From a virus (Duplodnaviria > Caudoviricetes): 64,000 bases of DNA. The notes beneath the pieces were generated by a model, which was given only the letters and a program-made list of their open reading frames with translations, ran no database searches and was not told the DNA's origin. The translations under genes and the position numbers were made by a program. Each line of letters opens with the position of its first letter. Positions within the stretch are counted from its first letter, which is position 1. The stretch is taken from the IMG/VR virus record IMGVR_UViG_3300025018_000091. One strand, written 5' to 3'. Shown here piece after piece: positions 10,211 through 16,993 of the stretch.

Positions 10211-10253
10211 CCAGCGCTTCAATCGAGGTCGGTTCCTCGTACCATAACAGTCA

Positions 10254-10329
10254 TGGGTATACTATTGGACTTGCACCAATTCTTCACCTCGGGAAAGAGG
10301 GAGTGCTTACTACTTACACTAATATATAC
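10254..10329 (-). pseudogene. degenerate tRNA-like gene (6-nt anticodon loop)
   Basis: D arm, T arm UUGG-UGCAAGU-CCAA, CCA; CCUC-UUUCCC-GAGG. Confidence 0.5.
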
Positions 10330-10330
10330 T

Positions 10331-10400
10331 TGATATGTACCTCGGATTTGCACCGAAACTGACGGCTCAGCCGTTATGCAGCTCTTACATCAATACATAT
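10331..10400 (-). pseudogene. degenerate tRNA-like gene (5-nt anticodon loop)
   Basis: AUAUGUA/UACAUAU acceptor, UCGG-UGCAAAU-CCGA T arm. Confidence 0.45.
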
Positions 10401-10510
10401 GCCTTATCTACTTACTGAGTCGGACTCAAATAATATATAAGTTTATGATGTCTGTACACAACAAATATAAACTTGGGGTTCCCTATTCGAATATTCTACG
10501 GAAGTAGATT

Positions 10511-10587
10511 TGGTTGGACAGGTGGGAGTTGAACCCACTTCTAGATGTTTATAAGACATCCCTCCATGACCGATTGAGTTCTGTCCA
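10511..10587 (-). tRNA. tRNA-Ile(UAU)
   Basis: GAUGU-CU-UAU-AA-ACAUC; canonical T arm; CCA. Confidence 0.88.
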
Positions 10588-10599
10588 ATGATCATTTTA

Positions 10600-10676
10600 T
10601 GGTCGTATAGGTGGGAATCGAACCCGACTTCTAACTGCTTGTAAAACAATCCTCCATACCAATTGAGTTCTATACG
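10600..10676 (-). tRNA. tRNA-Val(UAC)
   Basis: AUUGU-UU-UAC-AA-GCAGU; D arm nearly identical to neighbouring Ile(UAU). Confidence 0.85.
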
Positions 10677-10680
10677 ATAA

Positions 10681-10755
10681 TGGCACCCCTGAGCGGAATC
10701 GAACCGCCCTCAATAGCGTGACAAGCTACCCGCCTCACCAGATGCGTACAAGGGT
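10681..10755 (-). tRNA. tRNA-Asp(GUC)
   Basis: GUAGC-UU-GUC-AC-GCUAU; G73; CCA. Confidence 0.88.
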
Positions 10756-11041
10756 ATTCTAAGCATGAATAAAACCATGCCAGAGGTTATACATTATATG
10801 TGCCATCTATCATAGATTTCAAAGTAGTTAATACTTCAATCTTACTAGGATAGCTGACAACAAATGTATTATGCTCATAACTAGCAATTCCAACATATTT
10901 TTGTGTTCGATTGTTATGACTCAACGTTATATCATAATCACACTTATTATACCAATCTAGTATTTCTAGCTTATTCATACATTCTCCATGTTAGATAAAT
11001 CTTTAGTATAAGATAATATGCATTGTTAATTACAAACAATT

Positions 11042-11117
11042 TGGTGGGACCAGAGGGATTTGAACCCTCATCAAACAGATTAAGAGTCTGCTATGTTTCC
11101 ATTGACACCATAGTCCC
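11042..11117 (-). tRNA. tRNA-Lys(CUU)
   Basis: GCAGA-CU-CUU-AA-UCUGU; CCA. Confidence 0.92.
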
Positions 11118-11120
11118 ATA

Positions 11121-11212
11121 CAATTACTACAAGTTCGTTGGCAACAGCGCTTCTTCGCTTCTCTACCTGTCTTATTGAGTTCATCAATTGTGCAACTTAC
11201 ACCAAGTAATTG
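11121..11212 (-). ncRNA. tRNA-derived ncRNA candidate, family 2 copy 1
   Basis: CAAUUACU/AGUAAUUG closing stem, D-arm-like UGGUGUAAG..GCAC, similar to 11530-11618. Confidence 0.4.
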
Positions 11213-11271
11213 CAAACACACGATACATCAGAGGCTGGTTAAACTATCACTTGAGTATCTTAGCGTGTCAG

Positions 11272-11342
11272 CGGAACTAGGGGGAATCGAACCCCCGCTT
11301 ATAGATCGACAATCTACAGTCCTACCATTAAACGATAGCTCC
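11272..11342 (-). tRNA. tRNA-Asp(GUC)
   Basis: GUAGA-UU-GUC-GA-UCUAU; CCA not encoded. Confidence 0.9.
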
Positions 11343-11344
11343 TA

Positions 11345-11450
11345 ATATCAGACAAAATATGTAAACATAAGGGAACCATCCCGTCAAGTTGGAATCGAAC
11401 CAAACTAGTTGTTGATTTGGTACAATGTAATGCTTACTGCATTCTGATAT
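11345..11450 (-). ncRNA. Y-RNA-like ncRNA D (T arm only)
   Basis: AUAUCAGA-AUGCA-GUAAGCAU-UACAU ... AUGUUUAC-AUAUUUUG-UCUGAUAU; internal UUGG-UUCGAUU-CCAA. Confidence 0.8.
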
Positions 11451-11525
11451 GGTGGGACCAGAGGGGGTCGAACCCTCACCGAACAGATTAAGAGTCTGGC
11501 ATGCTCCCATTAACACCACGGTCCC
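11450..11525 (-). tRNA. tRNA-Lys(CUU)
   Basis: CCAGA-CU-CUU-AA-UCUGU; paralog of 11042-11117. Confidence 0.92.
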
Positions 11526-11529
11526 ATTC

Positions 11530-11618
11530 GATTACGCTGGAGTCGGCAATAGCAGATCTTTACTATATCTCTCTCCAGTCCTAGAGTCAAGGTCTAGGCG
11601 CTCTTACGCTACATAACC
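11530..11618 (-). ncRNA. tRNA-derived ncRNA candidate, family 2 copy 2
   Basis: GGUUAUG/CGUAAUC closing stem, UAGCGUAAGAGCGC, CUAGA-CCUUGAC-UCUAG hairpin. Confidence 0.4.
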
Positions 11619-11650
11619 AAGGCTGTTTTATTCGAAGTCAACAACCTTTT

Positions 11651-11690
11651 TAGTAGGAAAGGGTGGATTTGAACCACCTTTTACTTTCCC
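11651..11690 (-). ncRNA. tRNA minihelix (acceptor stem plus T arm only)
   Basis: GGGAAAG-UAAAA-GGUGG-UUCAAAU-CCACC-CUUUCCU-A-CUA. Confidence 0.65.
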
Positions 11691-11693
11691 ATA

Positions 11694-11920
11694 ATAAACG
11701 ACAAAAATTTGCTAAGACACCGGCACATTGATGGTCTTTTCAGATTACATCCGTTCGCCCCGCACTTTTGAGTCAGTGACTCTCTAGAAGACAGCATTAC
11801 CTGTTACCTTCGACTTATGAATATTACTATTCAAATTAGCGCCATCGCGTAATTCCTCACGGAATCAGTAGCTACCTTAGGGTCATTATTGATATGTAGT
11901 CCTAACTTGCATTCGTTTAT
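11694..11920 (-). ncRNA. Y-RNA-like ncRNA E (long insert)
   Basis: AUAAACGA-AUGCAA-GUUAGGAC-UACAU ... GUCUUAGC-AAAUUUUUG-UCGUUUAU. Confidence 0.78.
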
Positions 11921-11997
11921 GGCTCCCGCACTAGGGTTTTCACCTAGAACCTCGCACCCTAATCTGGGTGGTACTCTGTATTTTGAGCTATACGGAA
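11920..11997 (-). pseudogene. tRNA-like gene with 6-nt anticodon loop
   Basis: Acceptor, D and T arms and CCA present; CACCC-AGAUUA-GGGUG. Confidence 0.6.
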
Positions 11998-12157
11998 TGG
12001 TCAACGGAAAAGGATTCGAACCTTTGACTACCCAGCACACTCAGAGTAACTATCATCGTCCTCAACATAATATATCGATCTATCATATTTGGTGTCGAAT
12101 AATCTTTAAACTAAATGCTTCTACTACTTGGTGCTCTGACCTCTGAGCTATCCGTCG
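11998..12157 (-). ncRNA. tRNA body with ~90-nt insert replacing the anticodon loop
   Basis: CGACGGA-UAGCUCAGAGGUCAGAGCA ... AAAGG-UUCGAAU-CCUUU-UCCGUUG-ACCA. Confidence 0.7.
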
Positions 12158-12162
12158 ATAAA

Positions 12163-12292
12163 GTAACAACAAGGATTTGAAGAGACTAGTTGTACTAGCG
12201 CCAGCTTCCCCATATAGTGGGGAATAAAGGAATCGGACCTTAATCGTTTATTGTATCAAAATAAAATGTAATCCCTTACATGCATTTGTTAC
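12163..12292 (-). ncRNA. Y-RNA-like ncRNA B with permuted tRNA-like domain
   Basis: GUAACAA-AUGCA-UGUAAGGGAU-UACAU ... AUCCUUG-UUGUUAC; T arm AAGG-UCCGAUU-CCUU then acceptor hairpin UUCCCCA-CUAUA-UGGGGAA. Confidence 0.75.
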
Positions 12293-12293
12293 G

Positions 12294-12376
12294 TGGTTTC
12301 CCCGCTAGGATTTGCACCTAGATTTTCTACTTAGTACGTACTTAAATAGATGTCCTAATTATTAGACGACAGAAAA
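12294..12376 (-). pseudogene. tRNA-like gene with 15-nt anticodon loop
   Basis: D arm UCGUCUAAUAAUUAGGAC, T arm CUAGG-UGCAAAU-CCUAG, CCA; loop UUAAGUACGUACUAA. Confidence 0.6.
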
Positions 12377-12380
12377 ATAC

Positions 12381-12452
12381 AATGCTTCTTCCTGGCTTCT
12401 ATTCCAGAATCTTCGCCCTAAGCGAGATAATAATTTATACTAAAAAAGCATT
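12381..12452 (-). pseudogene. highly degenerate tRNA-like gene
   Basis: AAUGCUU/AAGCAUU closing stem with cloverleaf-like spacing. Confidence 0.3.
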
Positions 12453-12529
12453 TGGTGCTTCCGTTCGCCTTTCGATAGCGAAATCTCCCAGGTTCATTCC
12501 GGGCGTTTTACCATTTAAACTACAGAAAC
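12453..12529 (-). pseudogene. tRNA-like gene with atypical anticodon and T loops
   Basis: GUUUCUG/CGGAAGC-ACCA; loop AAUGAAC lacks U33; 9-nt T loop. Confidence 0.55.
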
Positions 12530-12531
12530 AT

Positions 12532-12677
12532 AAGTGACAAGAAATATAAAGATTTTATTCGGCGCCCTGCACTTTTTCCTTTCGGACCACTTGTGCTATG
12601 ATTAGCTTTCACTAACCAGCAGGATTCGATACCTGCACCATCGGACATTTTTGATGTAATCCTTATTGCATTCACTT
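12532..12677 (-). ncRNA. Y-RNA-like ncRNA F with permuted tRNA-like domain
   Basis: AAGUGA-AUGCA-AUAAGGAU-UACAU ... AUCUUUAU-AUUUCUUG-UCACUU; GCAGG-UAUCGAAU-CCUGC then UGGUUAG-UGAAAG-CUAAUCA. Confidence 0.8.
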
Positions 12678-12763
12678 GGCTCTCAGGGCTGGATTCGAAC
12701 CAACGGTGCATTTCTACGGCGGATTAACAATCCGCTGCCTTGACCTGACTAGGCTACCTGAGA
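12677..12763 (-). tRNA. tRNA-Asn(GUU) with long variable arm
   Basis: GCGGA-UU-GUU-AA-UCCGC; Tyr-like D arm, 14-nt variable region; G73; CCA. Confidence 0.8.
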
Positions 12764-13083
12764 ATATTATACTCAATAAAAGACTCATTAAATATTGACA
12801 CATTTAGTGGAACTAACAACACTCCTTCATGAATCTCGGCATGACAATTATTACAAACTAAGATGCACTTTCGTAATTCAATTACGATTTTATTCCAACT
12901 TTTAGGACTTCCTCTAACTGCTCCCAAACCAAATTCTTTTTTAGAAGGATCTAAATGATGTAAAGATAATGCAGAAGAACATTTATTATATCCACAGAAG
13001 CAACATTTACCTCCCATTGCAAGTATAATTCTCTCTTTTGTGCGTTTTCTCCAACGCTTAACTTTCTCAGATTGCTTACTCAT
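12754..13083 (-). CDS. HNH endonuclease
   Basis: GGKCCFCGY..SLHHLDP...CILVCNNCHAEIH. Confidence 0.88.
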   Translation of the reverse strand: MSKQSEKVKRWRKRTKERIILAMGGKCCFCGYNKCSSALSLHHLDPSKKEFGLGAVRGSPKSWNKIVIELRKCILVCNNCHAEIHEGVLLVPLNVSIFNESFIEYNILR

Positions 13084-13097
13084 ACTTAGATATATAG

Positions 13098-13168
13098 CGA
13101 CCCCCCTCGGACTTGAACCGAGATTCGAAACTTAACAGGCTCCCGTTCTACCTTTGAACTAAAGGGTC
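13098..13168 (-). tRNA. tRNA-Asn(GUU)
   Basis: GGAGC-CU-GUU-AA-GUUUC; CCA not encoded. Confidence 0.85.
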
Positions 13169-13173
13169 AATTA

Positions 13174-13456
13174 TTGATGACAAAATTTGTAAAGATAATG
13201 GCTTTATCTTAAGTAACACTGACGTGCCTCAAGAGCCATAGTGTAAGTATCCCCTCAACACCATATGGAATGTAATTTATCCATTAACATCTTTTGGAAT
13301 ATACAATTAATACTCACTGCATATTTATGAGACATATAGTTTTCTAACGGGTTTACCATTCATTATGTTTCGGAATGGCGGGCATTTCTTATAAATAAGC
13401 ATTACCCATTTATTATCGGTTGTTGTATTTATGTAATCCTTACATGCATTCATCAA
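13174..13456 (-). ncRNA. Y-RNA-like ncRNA C (long AU-rich insert)
   Basis: UUGAUGA-AUGCA-UGUAAGGAU-UACAU ... AUCUUUACA-AAUUUUG-UCAUCAA. Confidence 0.78.
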
Positions 13457-13532
13457 TGGTGGGACCGGAGGGAATTGAACCCTCAACTTTCTGGTTAAAA
13501 GCCAGCTACTCTGCCAATTGAGTTACGGACCC
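13457..13532 (-). tRNA. tRNA-Lys(UUU)
   Basis: CUGG-CU-UUU-AA-CCAG; CCA. Confidence 0.92.
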
Positions 13533-13560
13533 GATTTGCGGATATCATCCGCAAGGGAAA

Positions 13561-13683
13561 CTATTTTTTAGTTGTTTGTTTGGTACTCTTAGAACTCTTG
13601 CTAGAGTTTTTATTGAGTTTTCGCCAACATGGTCGGCAATATTTACCGCCAAGTGAACGAGCAATCTCACATGCTTTACACAT
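13561..13683 (-). CDS. 40-aa basic CxxC..CxxC peptide (not in ORF track)
   Basis: GAGAGGAGGTG RBS then MCKACEIARSLGGKYCRPCWRKLNKNSSKSSKSTKQTTKK*. Confidence 0.55.
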   Translation of the reverse strand: MCKACEIARSLGGKYCRPCWRKLNKNSSKSSKSTKQTTKK

Positions 13684-13761
13684 AGTTCACCTCCTCTCAT
13701 TGAGTGGAGGTCACTAACTGTCAACTAAATAAACCATGAATTCTCCTTGAATAGAATTATT

Positions 13762-13906
13762 GTAGCAACGAAAATTTGTGAGACTATTTTTAACGTGTGC
13801 TGCCGCTACACTAACCCAAGATATAAAGTAAATTGGTCTTGGGTGCGGGAATCGGACCCGCCCTTCGTGCGCCCAATGCAATGTAATCCCAACATGCATT
13901 TGCTAC
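13762..13906 (-). ncRNA. Y-RNA-like ncRNA I with complete permuted T-acceptor-D domain
   Basis: GUAGCAA-AUGCA-UGUUGGGAU-UACAU ... GUCUCACA-AAUUUUCG-UUGCUAC; GCGGG-UCCGAUU-CCCGC, ACCCAAGA/UCUUGGGU hairpin, D arm UAGUGUAGCGGCAGCACAC. Confidence 0.85.
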
Positions 13907-13907
13907 T

Positions 13908-13982
13908 TGGTGGTCTCACTAGGACTTTCACCTAGACCGCCTCCTGAAATGGAGGTATTCATAAAACTTAAACTACAAGACC
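13908..13982 (-). pseudogene. tRNA-like gene with 6-nt anticodon loop
   Basis: GGUCUUG/UGAGACC-ACCA; CCUCC-AUUUCA-GGAGG. Confidence 0.6.
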
Positions 13983-13983
13983 A

Positions 13984-14080
13984 TGACGCTATAAACTTAT
14001 TTATTTGGTAGCGTCAGCGGGACTCGGACCCACAACCTCGTTCTTATAAATGAAATGTAATCCCTACAAGCATTTGCTAT
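13984..14080 (-). ncRNA. Y-RNA-like ncRNA J (5' module, T arm and acceptor hairpin; 3' strand not found)
   Basis: AUAGCAA-AUGCU-UGUAGGGAU-UACAU, GUGGG-UCCGAGU-CCCGC, UGACGCU-ACCA...AGCGUCA. Confidence 0.6.
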
Positions 14081-14081
14081 A

Positions 14082-14154
14082 TGGTCGCGAGACTGTGGGA
14101 TGAGCACAGATTTCCACCCTAAAAGTGGCGAGCTATCATTTACTCCATCTCGCA
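14082..14154 (-). pseudogene. tRNA-like gene, nominal anticodon UUA
   Basis: CCAC-UUUUAGG-GUGG; T loop CUCAUCC is non-canonical; CCA. Confidence 0.55.
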
Positions 14155-14155
14155 A

Positions 14156-14227
14156 TGGATGCGGAGGCAAGAATTGAACTTGCAGAATCTAGCTTATGAG
14201 ACTAGGTTGGGACCGTCTCTCCCCGCT
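14156..14227 (-). tRNA. tRNA-Met(CAU), reduced D arm
   Basis: CUAGU-CU-CAU-AA-GCUAG; A1:A72 mismatch; CCA. Confidence 0.75.
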
Positions 14228-14252
14228 ATAAAATAATGTATGATATACATCA

Positions 14253-14326
14253 TGGTGGAGCGTAGGGGTTACCCTCCCCTTCTTCTGCGGTGCAAGCGCA
14301 GCGTATTCGTATCCTACTCACGCCCC
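14253..14326 (-). tRNA. tRNA-Ala(UGC)
   Basis: G3:U70, CUGCG-CU-UGC-AC-CGCAG; atypical T loop. Confidence 0.82.
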
Positions 14327-14385
14327 ATATTATCTATGCATATAGTGGAATAAAATTAACTTGCACAAAATAGGAAAACTCCACT

Positions 14386-14880
14386 ATGGCTAAAACGAAA
14401 ACTAACTGTTTAAATTGTAACAAAGAAATTTATGTTGAAAACAAAGAAATTAAAAGAGGTTTTGGAAAATTTTGTAATTCCAAATGTTCTAGTGAACATA
14501 GAATTCGTAATAAACCAAAATTGCTAGATAATGTAAATTGTGCCCTATGCAATAAATCTTTTCATATGACCGAAAGTAAAAAAAAGTTATCAAAATCTGG
14601 ATTATATTTTTGTTGTCGAACACATAAAGATGAAGCACAACGCATTGGTGGTATAAAAGAAATTATGCCGCTACATTATGGCACCGCCAAACCAGACAAT
14701 TCTCGTTCTTATAGAAGAATAGCTTTCAATGAAAAAGCTAAAATGTGTGAAAGATGTGGATATGATCAACACGAAGCTGCGATAATTGTTCACCACAAAG
14801 ATAGCAACAGAGACAATAATAATCTAGATAATCTTGAAATATTGTGTGCTAATTGTCACGCTATAGAACATTGGAGCTGA
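14386..14880 (+). CDS. HNH homing endonuclease
   Basis: CERCGY..IVHHKDSNRDNNNLDNLEILCANCHAIEH. Confidence 0.9.
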   Translation: MAKTKTNCLNCNKEIYVENKEIKRGFGKFCNSKCSSEHRIRNKPKLLDNVNCALCNKSFHMTESKKKLSKSGLYFCCRTHKDEAQRIGGIKEIMPLHYGTAKPDNSRSYRRIAFNEKAKMCERCGYDQHEAAIIVHHKDSNRDNNNLDNLEILCANCHAIEHWS

Positions 14881-14903
14881 TGCCCGTGGAACTACATCTC
14901 ATT

Positions 14904-14977
14904 TGGTGACGCATAGGAGAGTCGAACTCCTCTTCGTAGATTGAAAGCCTAATGTCCTACCGATAGACGAACGCGCC
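14904..14977 (-). tRNA. tRNA-Glu(UUC)
   Basis: loop CU-UUC-AA; canonical D and T arms; CCA. Confidence 0.88.
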
Positions 14978-15064
14978 ATAACTATGATAAAATCACCGGA
15001 GTTGCGCCGGATATTGTCCTCACGAACAATATTGAATACCATCGACCCTAATTCTATCAATTTG

Positions 15065-15137
15065 TCAGAGAGAGAGGATTTGAACCTCCACCACATGGAT
15101 CCAAACCATGGACGCTACCAGATTACGCTACTCCCTG
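15065..15137 (-). tRNA. tRNA-Pro(UGG)
   Basis: CAUGG-UU-UGG-AU-CCAUG; CCA not encoded. Confidence 0.88.
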
Positions 15138-15247
15138 ATTGAGTCGCCCTAAGAGATATGTTCTAAACTAACTCCTTGGGCGGATTAGGTTTAGCCAATC
15201 AATCTCTATTATTCCCAAACCTATGCGGGCTGAACATAGGTCTTTCG

Positions 15248-15323
15248 TGGTCGGAATGAGAAGACTCGAACTTCCGATACCTTGTACCCAAAACAAGTGC
15301 CATAGCCACTAGGCGACATTCCG
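15248..15323 (-). tRNA. tRNA-Pro(UGG)
   Basis: CUUGU-UU-UGG-GU-ACAAG; CCA. Confidence 0.92.
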
Positions 15324-15424
15324 ATATACTTCTGCTCTCCAACTTTCTGTTACGCTTCAAAAGTAAAAGGTAACTTCTATTAATAAGTATCGTACGTTAG
15401 ACTTGGAATTAAGTACGTATACTT

Positions 15425-15508
15425 TGGTGGGGACGGTAGGATTCGAACCTACATTGCTCAAGACGGCATCTTTATCGGATGCTGAGAGACCCATCTCTCT
15501 TCGCCCCC
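15425..15508 (-). tRNA. Tyr-type tRNA body with atypical loop (nominal AUA, G33)
   Basis: GCAUC-CGAUAAA-GAUGC, long variable arm, canonical T arm, CCA. Confidence 0.6.
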
Positions 15509-15550
15509 ATTGGATATTAAATTATCAGCGATCAAGACGTCCCATGACGT

Positions 15551-15639
15551 TGGTGCCGCCTGGTGGAATCGAACCACATAGCCACTCGGGGCGCCTGATT
15601 TACAGTCAGGAGATCCTCCCAGGAATCTAGTCAGTCGGC
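15551..15639 (-). tRNA. tRNA-Tyr(GUA)
   Basis: CCUGA-CU-GUA-AA-UCAGG, long variable arm, CCA. Confidence 0.9.
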
Positions 15640-15803
15640 ATTATATTTTGAATTGAATGTATTTATCTCCTAAAGTTATAGAATTTTTAGTTATTAAAGG
15701 TACTGAAACTACATAATTATTACTAATAAAGTAATAAATTGCTGCCGCCAACCCTACATCTCCCTGTTTTTTAGTATTTACTTGATTAAACATGAGACAA
15801 TAT

Positions 15804-15871
15804 TAACTGACAAAATATAGTGTAGATGTTTTTGGTCAAATATCAATGTAATCCACACAAGCATTCAGTTA
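15804..15871 (-). ncRNA. Y-RNA-like ncRNA G (minimal, module only)
   Basis: UAACUGA-AUGCUU-GUGUGGAU-UACAU ... AUCUACAC-UAUAUUUUG-UCAGUUA; 68 nt. Confidence 0.75.
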
Positions 15872-15961
15872 TAGTAAAATTAAACGAATTTAATCGAATA
15901 ACTTTATATCGAACCCTACCAATATTACAGCATACAAATATTGATGATACTTAGGAGTAAT

Positions 15962-16613
15962 ATGAGGCAAGGTAAAATAGCATCTATCACAAACGAAGAA
16001 TTAACAACCCTTATACAAAACAATATATCATTGAAAAACGTTTTGTTATTTTTAAATCTACATCCGAGTAGTGGAAAATAGAAGATTAAAACAAAAATTA
16101 GAACAAGAGAATATCAATTACGATCATATCAAAAATGGTTCGGGATACGATCCCTCCAAAATACATACATTTAGAAAGCATGTATCATTGAATGATGTTC
16201 TTACTCTAAACTCTTCTTATAGTCCAAGATTACTTAAGAAGCGTCTTATAAAAGAAGGTTTATTATTCAACTATTGTAATGTATGTAATATACAGCCACT
16301 TTGGAATAATCTACCACTTCAATTACAGTTAGATCATATCAATGGTAACAATAGAGATAATAGGTTGGAAAATCTAAGATTATTATGCCCTAATTGTCAT
16401 TCCCAGACAGACACATTCGCTGCCAAAAATAAAATCAAAAAGAACAAACCTACAAAAATAGTACAACCACGAAAAACAAAGATAACTTGGCCAGATGACA
16501 ATGAGTTGCTAGATTTAGTAACAAACTCAAATTTTGTTCAAGTTGCCGCAACACTTGGTGTAAGTGATAATGCTATTAGAAAAAGATTAAAAAGAGCGGG
16601 GCTAATCAAATAA
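15962..16613 (+). CDS. HNH homing endonuclease (frameshift near 16075)
   Basis: LQLDHINGNNRDNRLENLRLLCPNCHSQT; upstream frame MRQGKIAS... from 15962 joins through GGAAAATAG indel. Confidence 0.85.
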
Positions 16614-16619
16614 TTAGCT

Positions 16620-16691
16620 TGGCAGGTGTGGTAGGTAACGATCCCACTAGTAGAAGTTTTGGAGGCTTCCCTCTCACCTTGAGTCACACCC
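16620..16691 (-). tRNA. tRNA-Trp(CCA)
   Basis: GAAGC-CU-CCA-AA-ACUUC; G73; CCA. Confidence 0.85.
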
Positions 16692-16877
16692 AAATAATTA
16701 CTATAATTGTAACTTATAATAATCATTCGATAAATTTCGGATTCATTATAAAATAAATCTAAGTGATTTTGGACGTCACTTACATCCCTATTTACCTAGA
16801 GGAAAATAACGATTCCCCTAATCTCTATGCATCGATGCATACTTTGTTAATTAATGTTACACTTAATTAACAAAGCT

Positions 16878-16990
16878 TGGTGCGGAAGGTTGGAATTAAA
16901 CCAACAACCTTCGGGTTAATCATTTAAACTCTAGTGTCGACGTTATCCATCAACTCAAGTCCCGGCGCTCCTTCTTCAAGCCGCTTCCAC
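16878..16990 (-). ncRNA. fMet-like tRNA body with ~45-nt insert in the anticodon loop
   Basis: GUGGAAG/CUUCCGC-ACCA; CCGGG ... UAACCCGAAGGUUGUUGG as in initiator tRNA. Confidence 0.65.
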
Positions 16991-16993
16991 ATA

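Noticed and set aside
11998-16990. Group I or BHB introns in the expanded anticodon loops
   Set aside because: Inserts of 45-90 nt are too short for group I cores, and no bulge-helix-bulge motif or splicing endonuclease is seen
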